Origin: a virus
Taxonomy: Duplodnaviria; Caudoviricetes
Strand: one strand, 5' to 3'
Length of the DNA stretch: 30,642 nt
IMG/VR virus record: IMGVR_UViG_3300036779_000147
Location: 1 to 30,642 of that record
Below the pieces are notes generated by a model. The model ran no database searches, was not told where the DNA came from, and saw only the letters and a list, made by a program, of their open reading frames with translations. The translations under genes and the position numbers were made by a program. This document shows positions 26,001 to 30,642 of the stretch, one piece after another (positions within the stretch are counted from its first letter, which is position 1; every line of letters begins with the position of its first letter).

Positions 26001-26662
26001 TGTGCGGCAGCGGCGGCATCGCCGTATTCCTGATAACCGTGCTGCAGCTTGCCGAGATACTCGGGAATCTCCGACGGCTTGAGACCACCGGCAACAGCGG
26101 TGGTCACCATGTTCATCACGCCCTCGAACGACGACTTGGTGATCGCCGCATACTTCTCCATATCGGGAAAGAAGTCCTTGAGCTGAGCGCTGGTGCCGAG
26201 CAGCTTGGCGTAGTCGGCATCCATCTGGGCGAGGTTCTTGCCGACCACCGCGCCCAGCTCGTCCATCCCGGCGCGCATCTCGCGGAGCTGCGCGGTGTTG
26301 GCCTTGCCGGTGGCAAGGATGCGGTTCTCGGCGTCTTCGATCTTGGCAAACTCGTGAACGGCAGCGACCGCGAATGCGGTGACCGCGGCGGGCGCCAACG
26401 CTTTCTTTACACCCTCGCCAAACCCTTCAGCCGCGCCTTGCGCAGCGCCGAACGCACCGGTGAGGTCCTCGGGAGATTTGCCGGATGTTTTCTTGGCGAG
26501 TTTGTCAACCGCCTTGGTGTGCTTGTCGACAGTCTCGGTGACCTGCTTGAACTGGTCGCTGATCATCTTGGCGGCGTCGGTCGCATTGCGCGACGCCGAG
26601 TCGAATGCACCTTTGGTTTCGTCGGACCCGGTTATTCGGACGCTATAGTCGACATCCGACAC
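23042..26662 (-). CDS. Tape-measure-like protein, copy 1 (1206 aa) with Gly-rich linkers, a putative cell-wall hydrolase domain and an M15-family peptidase domain
   Basis: Helical N-terminus directly after the tail chaperone. M15-like GGYGNR.....SQHPVGMAIDW...WG..GG..W..PDTGHF (~23515-23840). Middle globular domain AILHAEN....VVESLMNR...SFYGP (~24060-24520), lysozyme/hydrolase-like by inference. Confidence 0.82.
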   Translation of the reverse strand: MSDVDYSVRITGSDETKGAFDSASRNATDAAKMISDQFKQVTETVDKHTKAVDKLAKKTSGKSPEDLTGAFGAAQGAAEGFGEGVKKALAPAAVTAFAVAAVHEFAKIEDAENRILATGKANTAQLREMRAGMDELGAVVGKNLAQMDADYAKLLGTSAQLKDFFPDMEKYAAITKSSFEGVMNMVTTAVAGGLKPSEIPEYLGKLQHGYQEYGDAAAAAQTKASIALHNLGINGIEVQKQIGSAIAGMAPLVGGVQNASDALVKVIEQVAAGKGGANMQDMIRYLRDGSMSLDQFFDVMMKRSDPAARSFQSILEKDPVTKGWVLNWQQGRKAVEDFTKATGGLDESPILKSSTSQAFRQLTGDISALQRAFGELIDRPAVAVLHGIAGGVEHLTHAIEGLTKLSPASALRGLGLEGIVIDKKDQKPAVRPVPPRAGGTAPGPGRGTFRPGAAAPGPGGTPQRFSGGGGGGGGSGPGSRPDALGINSWPTSSNIDDRRNQSPYAGPGGGGGGGAQYFTGSGGRDSYSGPGGSVAAATSAIQTANDADVHAMAMRGGGGGGYGGAFTPGAGEYPWAGEAGMQGGPGGGGGGPGPGGGGGSGPGAGWGPGGGHGGAGYGYGGFRPGVGGSRGGGGGRGGYRGRGGGGGGGGGGGGGGGGDSTGRPGTLPWPTSAPAGRIAGTTTATGYGRAEQMTPHDLSGGGGGGGGGGPTLSGSSYLQAQRARFGEELKNPETRKMMRAILHAENPGAGPGVVESLMNRMSMSGGSLMSPVGGMSGGGRSFYGPIRTGAVYSHMREVEGNPALKAKMDRLIDQALAGSNVVQGYTDQGSSGDPNYQAGGVGVNINGERFNNWGGYKSIAYARQWTEQQQAAVRGGGVVDIAGGGGGGGGGPGQAGTAPWPGTQAAAGGAPEGAVAGDIQGRAGSYGGAFNAPRGAAQSGQHQTITLKNGQQVTVNARVAEQFKGFFNDMIDAGAPVHSLGGYGNRPGNPSQHPVGMAIDWAQHSRNVVDPDVQRWINQNRGTLDKLEDKWGMSGGEKWKSPDTGHFSIQSIYGTEHLAKLHAGTQLAGPPPAGGPSLDKGVPAAPYMHEMEDVAKQRDSDPRGTGASTRILGKFQSGAKSSDVGTSPKYYGSEGYEDEKSGDHAENENIRRQREELSKPIKTTMNVTHPRQHERAPPPDRHESRIASMSQSRHDRHRHGGDIGYA
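24689..24736 (-). repeat. (GGY)16 trinucleotide run encoding poly-Gly
   Basis: Plus strand acc/gcc repeats. Shorter poly-Gly runs lie near 23995, 24540, 24870-24910, 24985, 25125 and 25245. Confidence 0.9.
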
Positions 26663-26663
26663 G

Positions 26664-27179
26664 TCAGATGACCTTTCTGATCATCGGCGGACCATCCATG
26701 GCAATGCCGATCCCGCTTTCCGCTGCCGGAGCTGGCGCAGGCGGCGGCGCAGGCGCAGGCACTGGCACGGGCTGGTCTGGCTTGCTCAGTGTGCCTTCAT
26801 GCTGCGGGAAGCGCGGATCATCGACCGCCAACGGCCGTGATCCCGGCGCCGGCGCCGGCGCTTCATCGGGCGGTGTCGCCAACGGTCGGTTGCCGTTGGT
26901 GAAGTCGGTCTGGATCGGTTTCGGCACCGCATTGAACAGCGCCATCAGCACACGATCGGCGTCGGGGTAGGTAATGGTGCTGAGGATCGACTCGGGGATA
27001 TCTGACAGCTCGGCGAGCAATGCCATCGATGACGCGATGTCGCCACGCTGCCAGCGGGTGAGAACGCCGATGGTCGGCGCCTTGATTTCGATGGTGTCGA
27101 TGGTCTTGGCGCCATGCCTGATCGGCACCACCAACTCCACCATCCAGCCGCCGGTCTTGCGCAGAATGTCGATCGCCAT
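26664..27179 (-). CDS. Tail assembly chaperone (GpE/gp41-like) with Pro-rich extension
   Basis: VELVVPI..G.KTIDTIEIKAPTIG...LLAELSDIP......ITYPDADRV; between tube and tape measure. Confidence 0.8.
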   Translation of the reverse strand: MAIDILRKTGGWMVELVVPIRHGAKTIDTIEIKAPTIGVLTRWQRGDIASSMALLAELSDIPESILSTITYPDADRVLMALFNAVPKPIQTDFTNGNRPLATPPDEAPAPAPGSRPLAVDDPRFPQHEGTLSKPDQPVPVPAPAPPPAPAPAAESGIGIAMDGPPMIRKVI

Positions 27180-27182
27180 GAC

Positions 27183-27773
27183 TTACGGCGTCCCCGGCTC
27201 GATGACCGGACCGACCAAGACCGGTGCCGCAGTGGCGATCGGGACGTTGAGGATCGCGTTGATGTCGGCATTGCGATCCCAGGTACCGACGACAAAACGA
27301 TTTGCGAAAAAATCCCACGAGTATATCGAGGTGTTTCCGATCACGAGATCATAGGCGATGATACCTTTGATCGCGTAATTGAAATGCTGGGCTCCCGACC
27401 TATTCCAGTTCTGCGGATCGGCGAGGCCGAGCTTGCCGCGCATCTTGGCGGTGACGCGCGATGCCTCGCCGGTCATCCGATCGCGTGCCAAGCCGTAAAT
27501 CCAAAATACGTTCTGCTCGGCCATCCACGACGCGATCAGCGTCTGGGTCTGGATATTCCAGCCGATCAGCTGAAACGTCGACTCCAGCTTGGCGAAGATG
27601 GTGTCGACCTCGATCGCGATCGGCACGCCACCGGCGCGGTGGTCGACGTATTGCTCGTTCATTGCCGGCAGCTTGAACTCGGTGAGTTCGAGATACAGGC
27701 CGTTGTTCACGTCGGTCGGCTCACGACCACAAAACATGTTGGCCTGATCAAGCGTGAGAATGGTTTCCGCCAT
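27183..27773 (-). CDS. Major tail tube protein (P2 FII-like)
   Basis: ANMF...L.L.EFKLP......DHRAGG..IAIEV....KLESTF.L.G...G.LG....W.....F.Y.I..I..Y.L; follows the sheath. Confidence 0.9.
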   Translation of the reverse strand: MAETILTLDQANMFCGREPTDVNNGLYLELTEFKLPAMNEQYVDHRAGGVPIAIEVDTIFAKLESTFQLIGWNIQTQTLIASWMAEQNVFWIYGLARDRMTGEASRVTAKMRGKLGLADPQNWNRSGAQHFNYAIKGIIAYDLVIGNTSIYSWDFFANRFVVGTWDRNADINAILNVPIATAAPVLVGPVIEPGTP

Positions 27774-27788
27774 TTGCGTTCTCCGATG

Positions 27789-27980
27789 TTAAAAGCGTTT
27801 GATCTCGCACACTGTCGTGTCGGGATAGTGCTCGGCGTAAGCACGCTGCACGTAGCGTCCGGTCTTGGCGTCACGACAAACGACGTGAAGAGAGGTTGGT
27901 GGCACTGGCGGCGGTTTCTTCGCCGCCAGTGCGGGATCGACGATCAAACTCGTCGCAAGAAGAACGATGATCATGCTCAT
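27789..27980 (-). CDS. Small exported protein (63 aa) between sheath and tube
   Basis: Signal-peptide-like MIIVLLATSLIVDPALA, then RDAKTGRYVQRAYAEHYPDTTV. Start overlaps the sheath stop. Confidence 0.62.
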   Translation of the reverse strand: MSMIIVLLATSLIVDPALAAKKPPPVPPTSLHVVCRDAKTGRYVQRAYAEHYPDTTVCEIKRF

Positions 27981-29896
27981 CAGCCGGAGAACACCAGCTG
28001 CTCGGAGAGCTGCGCCACCATCGCATCGATCGCTGGCGCATACCGGGCCGACATCGTGGTGATCAACTTGAGCACCGGCGGCTCCTCGGCCGCGAAGCTC
28101 ACCGTCAGATGCCCGAGCCTGATCTCCTCAGCGCTGTTGAGCGAGCCCAAGAACGTCACCTTGTAGCCGAGGATTTGCTGCAGGGCCGTGAGCTGGGCGA
28201 GGAACGACGCGATGGTCTCCTCAACGTTGGTGATGGTCTGGCGATCGATGTTGCTGCGACCGAGATAGGTGCGCAGCGCCGGCATCAGCGAGAGGTGAAT
28301 ATAATCGCGACCTCTTTTCACATTGTACATCTGCCACAAGGGGTCGTCCCCCATGTTGTCGGTCGCGATCAGGATGAAACCGCCGGACGAGATCGCGCTT
28401 TCGACGCCGATCAGGCCGCGGGCGATGATGCCGATGTTGGCACCAAGCAGCACCTGCCCTTCGGTCTCGCCGTCGGTGAGCGAGAACGCGATCGAGCGCG
28501 CCGGGCCGACGATGCCCTGGATCGCGCGGTTGGCTGCACTGTGGAATGGGTAACCAGTCGAGAAATCGACCGCCACCAATGCGCCCGCCATCCGCGGCGC
28601 CAACGGCATCACGATGATGTCGCCGGAGATCGGGTCCTGAATTTTGACGCCGCCCGATAGTCCGATCAGCCTTTGGCTGTTGAGCGTGGTGCGCCAGCTC
28701 TCGTCGGCGATCATCGAAGTGCCGGCGCTCTCGACGATGCCATGACCGATCAGGGTATCGAGAACGCCGGTCATGTTGGCGCACACCGGGTTGGCGCCGA
28801 GCGCCATCGTCGTCATCAGCGTCGCCTGTGTCGCGATCTCGGCATCGGCGCCGCCCTGCAGCGTCGGCGAGCACTGGGCGCCGGTCACGTTGGTCGTGAT
28901 GGTGATGTCGTTCGCCGCTGCCGCCGCGGCCACCGAGGTGATCAGCAGGCTGAGATAGGTCGACGCCGCCTTGACGTAGGTGCACAGCCCGAGATTGGGA
29001 TCGGCCTGCGCCGTGGTGCCCATCAGGTAGGCGACGAGAGCATCGAGCGTGTCGGAGAGATTGGCGCCGAGCGCGACCTGATACGGACCGGGCGTCGTGG
29101 TCGAGGCGACGAAAGTCACCGGCTGACTTGAGATCGTGACGTTGGTGCCGACGCCGGGCTGGGCGTTGAAAATGATCTGGCCCTGCGCCTGCGAGGCGGG
29201 CGCCGCGATGCCATCAGGCGGCGGCAGCGTCGCGTCTGGCGCCACCGTGAACCACGCGCCCCAGGTGTCGATGAACAGCTCTTGCTCGCCGATGTGGCCA
29301 TTGTTGTCGGCGACCGCGTGGCCGGTCGGCAGCACCGAGGTGGTGAGATTCTGCTCGCCGTTACCGAGCGTAAAGGTGATGCCGTAGGTCTGGTTCGGGA
29401 TGTAGGCGACACCGGGGGTTCCGATCGTCAGCGTGTCGAGCGAGTTCGCCATCTGCCCGGTATAGCCGGGCGCGACAATGATGCGCGGCGTGCAATAAAG
29501 CGTGTTGGGCGCCTTGAGGAACGCATAGAGCCCGGTGCCGAGCACGCTGTCGCCCATGATGCGCGCGATGGTCTGCTGCAGCGTCTCGGTCTCGCTGACC
29601 AGACTGTCGCCATAGGCGGTGCGCACGATCACCAATTGCGCCGCGATCTGGAAATCAGCCAGTTGCGCATTGATGCCGTTGATCGCATCGGGAATATAGC
29701 CGTCGTTCCCAAGCGCTGGCCCGAGCGTGAGGTCGTTGGAGAAGAAGAGGACCGGCGTGTCGAGCGGAAAAATATCCGGGTCGGCGGTGGACGACGGGCC
29801 AATAATTCCGATAACGTCCATATTAGCACCTATGACCGGCATCGCCTGATCATCTTGTTGGATAAATTGCAATCCAAACACGGGGGTCGTACCCAT
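27980..29896 (-). CDS. Contractile tail sheath protein (P2 FI-like) with a large insertion
   Basis: VIGIIG.S..AD...FPLDTPV...TGLYAFL.A......PRIIVAPGYT...P.APRMAG...D...GYPFHS.AN..I.GIVG..R...W..YNV.RGRDYI...FAAEEPPVL; GGGAG upstream. Confidence 0.93.
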   Translation of the reverse strand: MGTTPVFGLQFIQQDDQAMPVIGANMDVIGIIGPSSTADPDIFPLDTPVLFFSNDLTLGPALGNDGYIPDAINGINAQLADFQIAAQLVIVRTAYGDSLVSETETLQQTIARIMGDSVLGTGLYAFLKAPNTLYCTPRIIVAPGYTGQMANSLDTLTIGTPGVAYIPNQTYGITFTLGNGEQNLTTSVLPTGHAVADNNGHIGEQELFIDTWGAWFTVAPDATLPPPDGIAAPASQAQGQIIFNAQPGVGTNVTISSQPVTFVASTTTPGPYQVALGANLSDTLDALVAYLMGTTAQADPNLGLCTYVKAASTYLSLLITSVAAAAAANDITITTNVTGAQCSPTLQGGADAEIATQATLMTTMALGANPVCANMTGVLDTLIGHGIVESAGTSMIADESWRTTLNSQRLIGLSGGVKIQDPISGDIIVMPLAPRMAGALVAVDFSTGYPFHSAANRAIQGIVGPARSIAFSLTDGETEGQVLLGANIGIIARGLIGVESAISSGGFILIATDNMGDDPLWQMYNVKRGRDYIHLSLMPALRTYLGRSNIDRQTITNVEETIASFLAQLTALQQILGYKVTFLGSLNSAEEIRLGHLTVSFAAEEPPVLKLITTMSARYAPAIDAMVAQLSEQLVFSG

Positions 29897-29930
29897 ACCT
29901 TATCTCCCATGGTTTAGAGGAGGTTTACTT

Positions 29931-30422
29931 ATGAACCCGCGTCGTCTCGATTTAACTGGGAAACGATTTGGGCGTCTCGTTGTGTTGAAGATGGATCACA
30001 TCAACCGTCACCAACAGTCAATGTGGAAGTGTCGGTGTGACTGCGGTGAAACCATCGTCACTAGCGGATCGACACTAAAGGGTGGTCGGTCGCGATCTTG
30101 CGGTTGCTTCAAAGCGGACAGGGCGCGTGAGACAGCTCATCGACACGGCCAAAGTCGAACGACCGAATATCGAATATGGGCTTACATGCTGCAGCGCTGC
30201 ACCAATCCAAACAACACGAAGTTTCATCTCTGGGGCGGTCGCGGCATCAAGGTGTGCAAGCGCTGGCGAGATTTCGCGAACTTCTTCGCCGACATGGGTA
30301 AGCGCCCATCGCGAAAGCATTCCATCGATCGCTACCCAGACATGAACGGCAACTATGAACCGACCAACTGCCGTTGGGCTACAGCCAAACAGCAATCAGC
30401 CAACAGCAGGCGCTGGGCTTAG
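29931..30422 (+). CDS. HNH-type homing endonuclease inserted antisense in the late operon
   Basis: DLTGKRFGRLVV...WKCRCDCG...RSCGC...EYRIW..M.QRC.NPN....GGRGIKVC.RW..F.NF..DMG.RP....SIDR...NGNYEP.NCRWAT; GAGGAGG upstream; lower GC than flanks. Confidence 0.92.
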   Translation: MNPRRLDLTGKRFGRLVVLKMDHINRHQQSMWKCRCDCGETIVTSGSTLKGGRSRSCGCFKADRARETAHRHGQSRTTEYRIWAYMLQRCTNPNNTKFHLWGGRGIKVCKRWRDFANFFADMGKRPSRKHSIDRYPDMNGNYEPTNCRWATAKQQSANSRRWA

Positions 30423-30642
30423 TACACAAGACCACCGGGCACGCTGATCTGCAGCGGCGTGACATCGCCCGCGGTCTGATCGCCACCGTAGAGGAGCAGC
30501 TCGACGATCGGCCGCCGGTTGGTGACGGTTGGCAGGTCGGCGTAGATTTGGATCAGGCGGACATAGGAATTGCTGTTGGGATCAGGCTGGATGGTCGAGA
30601 TCGAGAACAGGCCGCCAGAGGTCTCGACCTGCGGATCGCCGT
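30419..30642 (-). CDS. 3' end of an upstream late gene (partial, probably virion protein)
   Basis: Hand translation ...GDPQVETSGGLFSISTIQPDPNSNSYVRLIQIYADLPTVTNRRPIVELLLYGGDQTAGDVTPLQISVPGGLVY*; high GC3; stop overlaps the HNH stop. Confidence 0.75.
   Translation of the reverse strand, partial: GDPQVETSGGLFSISTIQPDPNSNSYVRLIQIYADLPTVTNRRPIVELLLYGGDQTAGDVTPLQISVPGGLVY

Noticed and set aside
10803-26671. Long alternative-frame ORFs (e.g. 10803..12878 -, 14153..15676 +, 23492..25447 +, 25472..26671 +)
   Set aside because: They are shadow ORFs typical of high-GC coding DNA, overlap well-supported tail genes and have no recognisable motifs.
26664-26900. Programmed frameshift giving a GpE+E'-type extended chaperone
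   Set aside because: I saw no clear slippery heptamer, and the tape measure begins right after the chaperone stop, leaving no separate E' ORF. Not excluded without a computational scan.

Overview
A GC-rich segment of a tailed phage or prophage with a P2-like contractile tail. The phage-encoded GcrA points to an alphaproteobacterial host. From left to right: (i) 1-846 is a non-coding array of about 155 degenerate GGY-NN pentamers, cut into 12 complete units of 54-84 nt by a conserved CGA-GGCT-GGC phase-shift motif and closed by a UUCG terminator; it runs off the left edge. (ii) A convergent Cro-like HTH gene and a divergent promoter/operator region. (iii) A tightly coupled + strand early operon (RecE-like nuclease, GcrA, RecT, about 20 small hypotheticals) to ~10060. 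(iv) A - strand late tail module: sheath, tube, chaperone, two paralogous tape-measure-like proteins, GpU, GpX, GpD, an FkbM-TPR-glycosyltransferase fusion, repeat-rich fibre proteins and two inserted HNH endonucleases. The main find is the array. When only the variable NN dinucleotides are read as the first two bases of successive codons, several units decode to helix-turn-helix motifs of phage regulators (GGITRQAISQWK, LMTLWRWERD, VTTRTVQRLVESGAL). One unit matches the neighbouring Cro-like gene at 17/24 nt with every third base skipped. This suggests a non-contiguous, wobble-skipping guide-RNA array aimed at competing phages or mobile elements, with its effector gene probably just upstream of the window. 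All family calls come from motif recognition by eye; no database searches were run.
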